DNA of 63,962 nucleotides, the filler included, from Parasitella parasitica NRRL 2501 (taxonomy: Eukaryota; Fungi; Mucoromycota): the NCBI GenBank assembly GCA_025201805.1. It is 8 parts of 8 records of this genome, joined end to end, with 100 filler letters (N's around TTAATTAATTAA, not from the genome) between each part and the next. Parts side by side here need not be neighbours in the genome. Positions count along the whole stretch, not along the records: positions 37,532 to 41,605 come from MU619330.1; positions 41,706 to 53,197 come from MU619300.1; 6 more parts are not named here. One strand, 5' to 3'. Positions 39,289 to 50,100 of this stretch are shown here, piece after piece. The stretch's first letter is position 1; every line of letters begins with the position of its first letter. Below the pieces are notes generated by a model. That model saw only the letters and a list, made by a program, of their open reading frames with translations. It made no database searches and was not told where the DNA came from. The position numbers and the translations under genes are program-made.

Positions 39289-40212
39289 TGATGTATATTT
39301 CAGATATTTCAATACAATAAAAAGAGACTTGTAATAATTCACAGCTTTCAACTGTATCCGAACAATAAAAGAAGTATCTCGTNNNNNNNNNNNNNNNNNN
39401 NNNNNNNNNNNNNNNNNNNNNNNNNNNNNNNNNNNNNNNNNNNNNNNNNNNNNNNNNNNNNNNNNNNNNNNNNNNNNNNNNNNNNNNNNNNNNNNNNNNN
39501 NNNNNNNNNNNNNNNNNNNNNNNNNNNNNNNNNNNNNNNNNNNNNNNNNNNNNNNNNNNNNNNNNNNNNNNNNNNNNNNNNNNNNNNNNNNNNNNNNNNN
39601 NNNNNNNNNNNNNNNNNNNNNNNNNNNNNNNNNNNNNNNNNNNNNNNNNNNNNNNNNNNNNNNNNNNNNNNNNNNNNNNNNNNNNNNNNNNNNNNNNNNN
39701 NNNNNNNNNNNNNNNNNNNNNNNNNNNNNNNNNNNNNNNNNNNNNNNNNNNNNNNNNNNNNNNNNNNNNNNNNNNNNNNNNNNNNNNNNNNNNNNNNNNN
39801 NNNNNNNNNNNNNNNNNNNNNNNNNNNNNNNNNNNNNNNNNNNNNNNNNNNNNNNNNNNNNNNNNNNNNNNNNNNNNNNNNNNNNNNNNNNNNNNNNNNN
39901 NNNNNNNNNNNNNNNNNNNNNNNNNNNNNNNNNNNNNNNNNNNNNNNNNNNNNNNNNNNNNNNNNNNNNNNNNNNNNNNNNNNNNNNNNNNNNNNNNNNN
40001 NNNNNNNNNNNNNNNNNNNNNNNNNNNNNNNNNNNNNNNNNNNNNNNNNNNNNNNNNNNNNNNNNNNNNNNNNNNNNNNNNNNNNNNNNNNNNNNNNNNN
40101 NNNNNNNNNNNNTTCGTATCTGATACAATCATATAATATATTTGCAGTAAATCAGCAAGCGTAGTACTTGTAGGAATTGATATAGTGCAGATGTAGCAGT
40201 GCGTATACATCA
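39289..40212. mobile_element. LTR element, family D (solo LTR or collapsed element spanning an N gap)
   Basis: Termini TGATGTATA...TATACATCA with perfect TSD ACTCG. Removal restores NLITR|VLNK. Confidence 0.88.
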
Positions 40213-41531
40213 ACTCGAGTGATCAGGTTCCATGGGGGATTTATGAACGGCTTGTCCCACGTCTTCCATTGGCAGGTAAACGCATCCGTATGGATAGCCT
40301 CTGGATCCGGAAGCCATGACACGTACCTTGGTAACAATTTGGTCGTCCGGTCTGCAAAGAGATCTATCGAGCAAGGGCCCCACTGTTGGTTGATTTGTTG
40401 GAAAACTGACGGTAGTATTTGCCATAGATTCTTGAAAAATGTTCGGCGAGACTCCATATTCGCAATCGTGTTGTGAACCCCTTTGATATGCTGTGCCTGA
40501 ATCGTAATGTTCCGTTGGAGACACCAGTTCCATACTTCTGTTGCTAGATTCAAAAAGGATAGCGACCTCGTTCCACCCTGTTTGTTGATATAAGATAGAC
40601 TCGTTGTGTTGTCTGTTCGAATCAGAATTGTTAAGTTCTGAAGTCCTTGAAATGTTTTTAGGGCAAGGTGAGCCGCCTTCAGTTCTCGCCAGTTGATCGA
40701 TTGACTTGCTTCTTCCTGCGTCCAATATCCATGAGCACGCTTCGTCCCTAGACTGCACCCCCAACCGGTGTTGCTGGCATCCACGAATATTGTCTGAGAG
40801 GGAGTTGATGGGAGGAGGGACCGGCCATTCCACTTCTTCAGGTTGTGGTACCACCAAATCAATTCTTCCTTGCTTGCTAGGTCCAGAGGTTAGGACTTGT
40901 CCCAATCTGCTTCCGATTTCACCACCTGGTTCTTGAAGTACAGGAGATGCCGAGTGTAGAGACGTGCTGGGAAGATGGCAAAGTTTGCTGCTTGTATCCT
41001 CATTGTTAGACTGTGTATCACACGAGGGGATTGTCGAGTAGGTTTGTCCAACACTTGTTTGATAGAGCGACGAATGTCGCGGAGCTTCTTTAGAGGAAGG
41101 GCTGCTGTCATTGTCCGAGTATTCAATAAGAAGCCTAGGTGTTCTAGTGATTGAGTGGGGGTTAACACCGATTTCTTCAGATTCACAATCCATCCTAGTT
41201 GTTGAAGAAGAGTTACAACTGCCTGGGCTTGTTGGAGGGCTAATTGCCTTGTGCTTGCTACCAGAATCCAGTCGTCCAAGTAGGCGGAGATCCTGTAACC
41301 TTGAGATCGGAAGTGCTCTAATATGGGCCTGCAGACTTTGGTGAACACATAAGAACTTGATGCCAATCCGAAAGCTGTCGTACAGAATTGGTATACTTGA
41401 TTCTTCCATTTGAGCCGTAAGAAGCGTCTTGATTCCGGGTGGAGCCCTATATGAAGGAAAGCATCTGATAAATCTATTGAAACAAGGTAATCGTTCGGAT
41501 TGATTAATAGTGAGACTTCCCTGATTGTCTC

Positions 41532-41605
41532 TGTGAAATACATTCACTATGATGATCTGCATTCCACTTCTAGATTCATCCAGTTACCTTAAATTGATAT
41601 AAACT
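41532..41605. mobile_element. LTR family C terminus inserted in DIRS RT
   Basis: Begins TGTGAAATACATTCACTATG exactly where the RT homology (ETIREV) stops. Matches ~35878-35932 and the reverse of 57557-57630. Confidence 0.8.
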
Positions 41606-41705
41606 NNNNNNNNNNNNNNNNNNNNNNNNNNNNNNNNNNNNNNNNNNNNTTAATTAATTAANNNNNNNNNNNNNNNNNNNNNNNNNNNNNNNNNNNNNNN
41701 NNNNN

Positions 41706-42256
41706 AAAAACTCAAATACCACAGCTATAGGAATAAGCAAAAGGCATTGACCGAAATGTGCAAGCGTTTGTTTACAGGTAGCAGAAAATATCAAGAAGAC
41801 AATCCTGATATACAGCAAGCAAATCAACAAAAGTGGAAACCGCTAGCCCCTAGAGACAATGCTGGTGAGGCTGAAAGACCTACAGTGGTGGCGTTTGGCT
41901 CTGCTCTGTTCGGTGGACTTCGTGGGAATGTACCCTCTCCAACAAAAGTGTTCAGAAAAGCCTTGCTAAATTACGTCAAGTCGATCAGACGGAACCGACC
42001 AAATTCAAGAAAGTACGTGGTTATGATTGACGAGTACCTGACAAGTCAAATATGCCCCAGATGCCACCTACGAAGTACTACTAACGAACGAGACAATGCC
42101 AATTTTAAGATCCATCCAGTTCTCAGCTGCAACACCTGTCACACTCGATGGAACAGAGATCATATGGCAAGTCTCAATATACGCTCAATCTTCTTGCATA
42201 TGGCTGCCAACAACAACAACCGGCCGGAAGAGTTTCAGCGAGGTATGCTATCATGA
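41706..42256 (+). CDS. Fanzor1 (TnpB-like RNA-guided endonuclease), C-terminal part; 5' end lost in a gap (Fz-B)
   Basis: Open from the gap: KLKYHSYRNKQKALTEMCKRL, VVAFGSALFG, RuvC-II IDEYLTSQ, Zn finger CPRC...CNTC, RuvC-III WNRDHMASLNI, RPEEF. Confidence 0.9.
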
Positions 42257-42390
42257 TATTAATATGGATTTGATTATTTCATAGACTAATATCACTATTA
42301 TCGTTTGCCTACAAATAGCTTAAGCAATACTATGTCTTGCATAACAGCAAGACACCCCTTATTTATGGGTAAGTTAGCCTATTGAAAAAA
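42254..42390 (+). ncRNA. Candidate omegaRNA scaffold of Fz-B
   Basis: Stems TGATATTA/TAATATCA (42254-42294), TGTCTTGC-ataaca-GCAAGACA (42333-42354), ACCC/GGGT and enclosing AGCTTA/TAAGTT, directly after the Fanzor stop. Confidence 0.45.
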
Positions 42391-42399
42391 AAAAGTTTG

Positions 42400-42541
42400 A
42401 TTGGTCCAAAAACTAATATGTCCCCTTCTACTTATTGCTGTCCCATTTTCATACTGGTGTCTCACTTTCATTGCGACGTCCAAATTCAATTTTAAAATGA
42501 CCCAAATTTTTTCTTACTGGCCCAATTAGTTTCGTCGACTG
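42400..42541 (+). mobile_element. Tc1/mariner-like right terminus with subterminal repeats
   Basis: Ends ...GGCCCAATTAGTTTCGTCGACTG followed by TA (reverse TA|CAGTCGAC). About 7 degenerate TGTCCCAATT-like motifs at ~20-bp period. Confidence 0.65.
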
Positions 42542-42639
42542 TATAGGAATAAAATGCCTCTTAGTTTTTCTGAGGAAGCTTTTGATTATAATGCCTATTG
42601 TAGACTTACGAGATGAAGAACTCTTTTTTTTTTATGAAG

Positions 42640-42706
42640 ACGAGCCGTTTTACATCCCCCAATAAGGAAGGTCAAAATATATTGGGGGGGGTGTAAAACA
42701 GCTCGT
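42640..42706. repeat. Inverted-repeat hairpin homologous to the Helitron-associated end at 55957-56061
   Basis: ACGAGCCGTTTTACATCCCCCAATA / TATTGGGGGGGGTGTAAAACAGCTCGT. The loop contains GAAGGTC as in the 56-kb copy. Confidence 0.7.
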
Positions 42707-43940
42707 GTCTTTTATATATTTTGCAATAATAGGAAAACTCGAATCACTTGCAATTATGACATCTGTATATGGCAAAAGAGACAAATACGCTGCAAAAGTT
42801 ATTTGTGACACTGTTACTAATACTGGACAAATAATGTATAATTTAGAGTTGATCAACTTGTTATGTTTTACGTAAGGATTATTCGCTCTTATTTTCAAGA
42901 TTTGGTTTGCTTGTGATCACTCTATAAATTGAGTGAAAAAGCATTCCTCTTTACGTAAGTTTACACATATGACTAAGTTTCGATTTTTTGAAATCTGATT
43001 TTATGGATATACTGTTTAAAATGAAACAAATACGTGTTTAATTTATCATAGTGATTTACTTAGTAGTTCTTTTTAAAGAAAAAGAAAGATTCATTATGAT
43101 ATTTTTCATATTCTCTTGACGGTATAGTATCCGCAAACATAGTTTAATCGAAAAAGAAACGTGGCTGTGCAATTTGTTTTGTTCCTTTAACATCTTCGTG
43201 TAAGTTAAACAAAACAACAAATACTCTGTATCTAAGGATATTAAAAAGTAAAGAACTTTAATATAACAATTTTATTGCCAAAGATTGCATAAACTTTGAT
43301 ATCGAATGTGTTATGGACAGTTAATAGCATCATACAAAGATGGCATCAATCTAAATTGCACTTTATCATGTTACAAGATGTTTATACATGCATAAAGCGT
43401 AGAAATACTTTAAATATATTTATATGGTATGGCGGCTTTGTTGAGAAATGTTCATTAATGAAATAATGCTTAATTCATTTTAAAGGGAATGATGTCTTTT
43501 CCCAAGATGCTTTTCTATACGTATCATAATCTTATAGTTGAAACACTAATACTGTGTATTCTCAAAGCTATTATCCTACAATAAACTACAGACAAAACTG
43601 AAAAATATGAAGTACTATACACCTCAATGTTAACTCTGAGCTGCATTCGACATTAAAAAAAGGTCATTTGCAATTACTTGTAGATCGATATCATACACTT
43701 TTAGCAACACTTTTTTTTTGTATACAGGAAACTTCTATTTTCAAGCTTTATAAGCAAATGATAATACATCAAATTTCTTTCATCTTCTCTATCCTTTGTT
43801 TACATAATTTTGGGAATTACTAACGTTTGAAAAATTAGTAGAAAAGAACAAGCGTTCATCTCACAAACTTATATTTATAAATACCTCTATTTCGTTAACA
43901 ACATCTTATAGTATCCTTTATAACATTTGATCTGCTTTTA

Positions 43941-44843
43941 ATGAAAACTTGTGTCAATAAAACTACCCATAATACCACTATCCTACATAATCAGCCTCGC
44001 TCTGATTGCAGTAACTCTGGCACCCAACTAATGGATACTGTAACCATGTCATTCCTGGACATGGATGAATGGGTAGCACAAGAGCTTCAACGAATTATAA
44101 AAAACCAAGTTCCAAGAAACTGTTTCTCGTTCGAAGCATTAATCAGTATAATTGAGGGTATCTATCAAGAAGGACACTATGCTTTGTTTTACAGCCCTTG
44201 CTCACCTTTGAATGAAACGTCTCAATGTATGACTCATAATTCAAAAGCACCTGAGATTAGTACCGCATTAAGATTGCCACAAGCAACGCAGAAACCGAGC
44301 AAGGATCAACAAGATGATGGTGCTAAAGAACTGATTTCCATTAGCAAAAAGTGTCTGGCAACCAATACATTGGCAATCAGTACCCATCATCTAACTCAAA
44401 AAAACCTGATCATGGCGTTTATGAAGCTGGTTTTCCACTGCCATAAGCAACATGACCCTAAACATTTCTACTTGCAACGGTATCGAAAGCCGCTGGAACT
44501 TTTGATAGAGCTTGAAAACATGTGCGAAACGTATTCCTCATGGACATCTCTAACAGATGCCAGCACAGCAGACGACACACATGTTGTGGATGCTGGTATT
44601 ATCATCCGAATTCAAAAGCGTTTGCAGTGCATCTTATTTGGTGATCAAATACCCCTTGTAGATACACTTGTTTGCCCTTGGACATTGATAAGCTTATGGA
44701 CTCAGCAGGGAAATCCTTTGAATAGCGATTTACAGCAAGGCTCAAGTTGCAAAAAATGGATAGAACTTGGTGTTTTCTCATATAAGTTTGCGAAAAAGGC
44801 TTGCGGCATTGGTGAAATAATAGATGCATGTGAATTAGCATGA
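43941..44843 (+). CDS. Hypothetical protein, 300 aa
   Basis: 903-bp open frame in AT-rich DNA; no recognisable motif. Confidence 0.55.
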   Translation: MKTCVNKTTHNTTILHNQPRSDCSNSGTQLMDTVTMSFLDMDEWVAQELQRIIKNQVPRNCFSFEALISIIEGIYQEGHYALFYSPCSPLNETSQCMTHNSKAPEISTALRLPQATQKPSKDQQDDGAKELISISKKCLATNTLAISTHHLTQKNLIMAFMKLVFHCHKQHDPKHFYLQRYRKPLELLIELENMCETYSSWTSLTDASTADDTHVVDAGIIIRIQKRLQCILFGDQIPLVDTLVCPWTLISLWTQQGNPLNSDLQQGSSCKKWIELGVFSYKFAKKACGIGEIIDACELA

Positions 44844-45596
44844 ACTCAGGCTCAGAATACCCTGTAATTGCCAGACATGAATATTATACAATACGCAACT
44901 AGATATGTTATGAACTACCGCTGGTGCGGTATTTGTGCGAAGTTTAGGCGTCAAGTAGTGTAACCTTGATAAATAATAAAATGCCTTTTAATTCTGCACG
45001 TTGTACTTGCGGCATTTTTTCTTGAGATGATATTATTGCACCTGTATCCTTTCACTGGCATGTATAAATCAAACAGATGTATGTGATCATGGTACTATAC
45101 ATACCATATAATGTAATCAATATATATACGACGCTGATATCCGGGAACAGTACTTGACAAGTGTATTGTTGTCGCCATATATCTCATGATTTCATTCATT
45201 TTGTCCAATCAATAAACCTCATAATGATCTGAATACTGTGCGACATTCTTGATTGGGTCTGATAATAAAGGTGAGGATTCTCCTCATCTCTCCAGACGAG
45301 TATATACAAACATGAGCAGCTTGCGATCCAATGGACTATTTCACGTGAATCATCTATGGATCGATAATGATGATATTGCCAAAACTACTGCAGGGAAATG
45401 ACGTCGTATTGTATTAAATCATTTTATTCCACTGCTGCTGATGCCTACAGAGGCTACTGCCGCTTATAAAATTTAAGCGTCATTTCAATAATCTCTTCTT
45501 TCTTCTCTTTCCTCATTATTACCTTTTTCTTGTATAAACAGTACTATCTTTTTATTTCTTGGACATTCATCTCTAGAAATATATATACAATTCATC

Positions 45597-46764
45597 ATGG
45601 GTAGGTACAATTGTAGCGTATATTTGCAAAAAGGATTTAATTATAAAAAAGCAGATTCAGTGATTTCAGCGCCCATCTCAGGCACTTCATCTCCAGCACA
45701 GAAAAGAACCAAAATCTCTGAAACGGATTATCAACCTCAACATAAAACGCTGACTGCAGACTCGCCCCTACTGCCTCTCGGACTAGATATTATGGGATAC
45801 GACTTTAAAGTGAACGAGGTATTGCCTTCTTGTTTATTGTTTGCATAGAAACAGAGCGGATAACATGATTCTCCATGCATTGTATGATAGCCGCCCACAG
45901 ATCGTGCAGTTCGCATCTATTGCGACGGTATCTACGACCTGTTTCATTTTGGACATGCAAAAGCCCTCGAGCAAGCTAAAAAATCATTCCCGGAAGTTTA
46001 TCTGCTAGTTGGTGGTAAGTACATACACCATATAATCGCTTTCAGATCAGACGAATATTTACAGTGCAAACCTGTAGTGTGTAATGATGTGGAGACCCAT
46101 AAGCGTAAAGGGAAGACGGTAATGAGCGACATTGAACGTTATGAGTCTGTTCGTCATTGTAAATGGGTGGACGAGGTGGTGCCCGACGCTCCCTGGTTTG
46201 TTAACCAAGATTTTCTCGATAAACATCAGATTGATTATGTAGCACATGATGCAGAACCCTATCAATCCACCGAGTCAGGTGATGTGTATGCCTTTGCCAA
46301 AGCACAAGGAAGATTTCTGCCCACGCAGCGTACGGATGGTATATCCACATCTGATCTGATCACCCGAATCGTTCGGGATTACGATGCCTATCTACGCAGA
46401 AATCTCGAAAGAGGTGTAAGCGCAAAAGACTTGAATATCTCCTTTTTGAAAGAAAGAGAAATCAAGACCAAGAAATCCATTGACGATCTCAAAAATCAGA
46501 TCAAGCATGTTGTTTTGGAGCACCTTGGTGCCTGGGAAGATCAAAGTCATGACTTCATTAGGAGTTTTGCTGGCAGATTTGGAGCCGAAGATGTCGTTGT
46601 AAGTTTTCTAGTGTGTGCTGGATATTGTATGCTGATGTGCGACATAGGAAAAGTTCTTGACAAAACGAAGATTAGCACTTGGTGATAAAAGAACCCGTAG
46701 TCCAAGCAGTAATGATAGTGGGTCATCTGCTTCGTCTTCGCAAAGTATCCACTCTTCTACGTAA
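45597..46764 (+). CDS. PCT1: Choline-phosphate cytidylyltransferase
   Basis: [15 protein letters not shown] (HxGH), [33 protein letters not shown]. Exons 45597-45600, 45655-45818, 45891-46014, 46078-46598, 46648-46764. Confidence 0.94.
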
Positions 46765-47240
46765 TGGCGCTCTAATCCTTTAATATGATGTATATTTTTT
46801 AATGTACTATATCATACTGATGATATGTATTCTCTTTCACCATTTAACAACTCTATTATAAACTACCTTATTGCATTGATATTGGTGTCTTACATACATT
46901 TTTGCAAGTGCAATTGACGAGACAGTTGCTCTCCTATGGGGATGATAGTCATCTAAACCGAATTCTACTGTATAATTTGATTTCGAGCACATTGCACTTG
47001 TTGGTTTGTATCAAACAAGATCGATCGTATTTTACAACCAATGAAACATCTATTGCATCCTTTTTTTTTATAAGAAAAAATTTATTGTGTAGTATGTGTT
47101 GCGTGTATAAATAATGGACAATTTCAAATCTCTTCCTTCACATTGACCCAACTGCTTGAAGCAAAAAAATTTGGAGGCTCTGCAGTGTATGTAGCTGATA
47201 AGGAGTTTGCATGACAAAAAGATGTTTGGCGATGTTTGGA

Positions 47241-47869
47241 TTAAGCCCACATCTTACTGATGAATTCAGTCAAGCCAATGTCATTAGTGTTGAATTGGTA
47301 GCAGCCAACAAGAACACCTGTAGTGCTGACCCATAAAGTGCCAGTCATCAATTTGTTCAAAATAACACTTTTGCGAGCATTGAAATAATCTTTACAAATA
47401 GAGTAATGATTTAGATAACAAAGATTTCCCCGCATTTTATTATCTCCACTTACCAGTGATACAAGCATCCCAACCTAGTAGATAAATACTATTGTTAGCG
47501 ACACATCTACTGCACTATTAAAGGTCTTACCAATGTGAAGATGAATTGGAAGAACAACACCCAAAAGAACATCGGTAACAGGTGAAGCACCATATGTGAG
47601 TTGAGATGCAATGATGGGAACTAAAGCAAGAGAAGCAGCACGTTCAAGATCCCAATGATAAGAGCCATGAAGACGATCTGGCTTGTGAGTAGCAATGGCA
47701 TTGGATTGAGAAACAGCTATCCTTTCACAGATTAATAAAACAGCATGCAAAAAAGGAGTTTCACAAAAAACTTACAAGAGTGGATCTTTACAAGACCCAT
47801 AGGTTGTTGGCGCGCTAAAAGACGTGCAGTTGAGCGAAAAGCGGGTGTATTAGCAAGACGAAGAGCCAT
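47241..47869 (-). CDS. SDH4: Succinate dehydrogenase cytochrome b small subunit (CybS, Sdh4/Tim18 family)
   Basis: Presequence MALRLANTPAFRSTARLL, HGSYHWDLER, HLHIG...DY, FNTNDIGLTEFISKMWA. Confidence 0.92.
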
Positions 47870-48478
47870 TTTTCTTTGTTTAATAAAAGAGTGGGGAAGA
47901 GTTTAATTTGACTGTAAGTTAAAAGGTGAGAATAAGTCTTCAAAATGTTGTAATCAGGATTAATAAAATACTCCACCCTTGACCTTTTTGGCACTGTCGT
48001 CGGGCGTACCCGCTTACGGCTGATGACGCAGTCTCAGTTGGTACCTGTTACTCATGTGAAATTTGCGATTGTATCCAGGATAAACGATTAGCAGACCAGT
48101 TTGCATCTTGCAGAAAAGAGCTTTTTGTTGATAAATGTATCTGTTCGCATGATATTTATCTTTTTTCTCATTCGTATATGCTGTATGAGTTACGTTTTTT
48201 TTTTTTTTTTTTTTTTACCCCGCATTGTAATTTGTAATGCTACCCATCAAGATGCCAACGCTTTGTTGCCATGACAAAAAAATTGCCGTTCCTGTATGTC
48301 TCAGATCACCTTTGTTTCCATAGCAACTGTTGGAATATTTTTGAATCTTATCTATCGAGGATCGCAATGTCATTTTGCCCATTGCACGACTCCTTGGCCA
48401 TTAAATAACCGCAAAATTGAGTGACTTTAGTCGCGCAACTGTAAAAAAAAGTAATTTTCATCATTCAACATCTTTATT

Positions 48479-48772
48479 ATGGACTCTACAACTCGAGCTC
48501 AATATGAAGAAGATAAAGCAAAGTTATTAGAAAAAGTAAAATTTAGTTTGGATCAACTTCAAACTAATTTGAATTCAATAAATCGAAATTTGGAAAGTGC
48601 TAATGCCGTCGGTTCACAATTTCAGGCATCCTCGTATTTATGGAGTTCTTTTCACAAAGTTATTGCTCCATCCACTGATCATTCAGCAAGACAACCAGCA
48701 AGCGCAAAAGATATTTTACCACTAACAAAAGAGTTGGAAGGCAAATCCTTGGGAGAAGAACAACGATTATAG
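48479..48772 (+). CDS. DAD1: DASH/Dam1 kinetochore complex subunit Dad1
   Basis: NLNSINRNLESANAVGSQFQASSYLWSSF matches the Dad1 pattern NLN.LN..LE....VG.EF..V..LW..F. Confidence 0.82.
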   Translation: MDSTTRAQYEEDKAKLLEKVKFSLDQLQTNLNSINRNLESANAVGSQFQASSYLWSSFHKVIAPSTDHSARQPASAKDILPLTKELEGKSLGEEQRL

Positions 48773-49031
48773 ATCATAAATGGAAAATTACATTATATAT
48801 GTAAATATACAGTTTAATCCTAATCTTGGTCACTTAATAAATAGAGATTTTCTTGTGCGTTTTATTGATTACATAACACAGATACCTCAAAGAAAAAAAA
48901 TCGTTTAGCAGAAAACAAATGACACAAACCTACTGAATCAAATTGACGATTAGTTTAATAATTATTGTCTTTTCAAAAAAAAAAAAAATATACATGTATA
49001 AAATAACCAAGCCATCGTAATCAAAAATTGA

Positions 49032-49209
49032 CTAAAATCTGGTGAAAACGTTGGTGGAGGATTCTTCTGTTTTTGTGCGAGTAAACAATTCAGGGCGTGA
49101 TCCTATTTCTCTTGAGCTGGTTAGAATTTTCTTGAAATTCAGTAGGGCTGCAAGATCGCGATTCCACAATCTTGGCTTTGATTGACCTTAGCAGTTAAAC
49201 TTTGTGCAT
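49032..49209 (-). pseudogene. Fanzor1 last-exon remnant (Fz-C)
   Basis: After an acceptor-like TGACAATAG: CTKFNC*GQSKPRLWNRDLAALLNFKKIL...GSRPELFTR, i.e. second Zn pair plus RuvC-III. Not in the ORF track. Confidence 0.75.
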
Positions 49210-49499
49210 CTATTGTCATTTTGCAATTTCTGGAAAAAAAAGTTCAAGTAAATGATAAAGGTCATGGTGATTGTAATAATATATATTAGGACTTCTGATA
49301 AAAAAAAACCTTTTATTTCTGATAAAAGCCAAAAAGTTTCTGAGAGAAGAGAAATGCTTCCCTAAAAAGATTTCGAGTGGGGGTTTCCATATTAAGAGAA
49401 AAGAGTGATTGCTTGTTTCATTCATAGTGTTGTAAAATAAGTTTAAGGTAGTTTTTTAAAAAGGTTACGGTCGGTGGTCTATTGACAAACATCTGTGAT

Positions 49500-50100
49500 T
49501 CAGGGCGTAAGTGTGTCTGTTGACTTTGGATCAAAAACCTTTAATTGGATTCAGGAACGGAGAGTATAGTTGAAGATAAATACATTCATGTCCTTAGGAT
49601 TTCATAAATTTCTATACAGACAATTTTTTATGTGTGCGCGTGTTATCCTGGTGGCAGTTTGTCTGCTCTTCTCTGGCAGTTTCTTGTACCTTCAATTGAT
49701 TTGGCGTCTTCTAGTGTATAAGGCCATGTCAGATATATACCAAGCTTGGTTCTTTATATCCAATTACACAGTAGAATAGCCATCCTTTCCGTAATATTAG
49801 AAAGGTTCAAAAGTGTGCGTAGATTTTAGGCGCCTGATTATTTATTTTTTTGGTCTACGCGAACTTCAGTGCGTTGTTGTCAGGAAAAGGCAAAAACTGT
49901 AAGAAAACAATGTTTAGAAATCTCAAGCACAAAAAAAGGTAATTCAAAGTAATGAATTCGACTATAGGGCACTTTTTGATTACATATTTGCATAGCTTAG
50001 ATCTAGTTTTTATGCTCTTTGAGTTGAAAACAGATGAAGACAACGACTTTTCTGACTTTTTTCGGAAAAGTATTTTTCAAAATCGGAGCGTGAGATCATC
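49500..50100 (-). pseudogene. Degenerate Tc1-like DD34E transposase
   Basis: 49647-49522 reads DNTRTHKKLSV*KFMKS*GHECIYLQLYSPFLNPIKGF*SKV, equivalent to DNAPIH...YLPPYSPFLNPIEEFWSKV. Upstream boundary uncertain. Confidence 0.7.

Larger units (their letters stand above)
37739..41531 (-). mobile_element. DIRS-type tyrosine-recombinase retrotransposon (RT-RNaseH-MT plus overlapping YR), disrupted
   Basis: RT: IDLSDAFLHI, FGL, AYLDD. RNase H: FVDASNTGWG, INWRELKA, RTDNTT. MT: IDLFAD...NPPW. YR: FLRPSDL, PKE, CPV, IRSLASS, LGNW. One in-frame stop at 40890 in the RT frame. Confidence 0.92.

Noticed and set aside
38612-40213. 533-aa and 358-aa ORFs containing long X runs
   Set aside because: Artefacts of translating through the N gap inside LTR-D; only the parts below 39289 are DIRS coding sequence.
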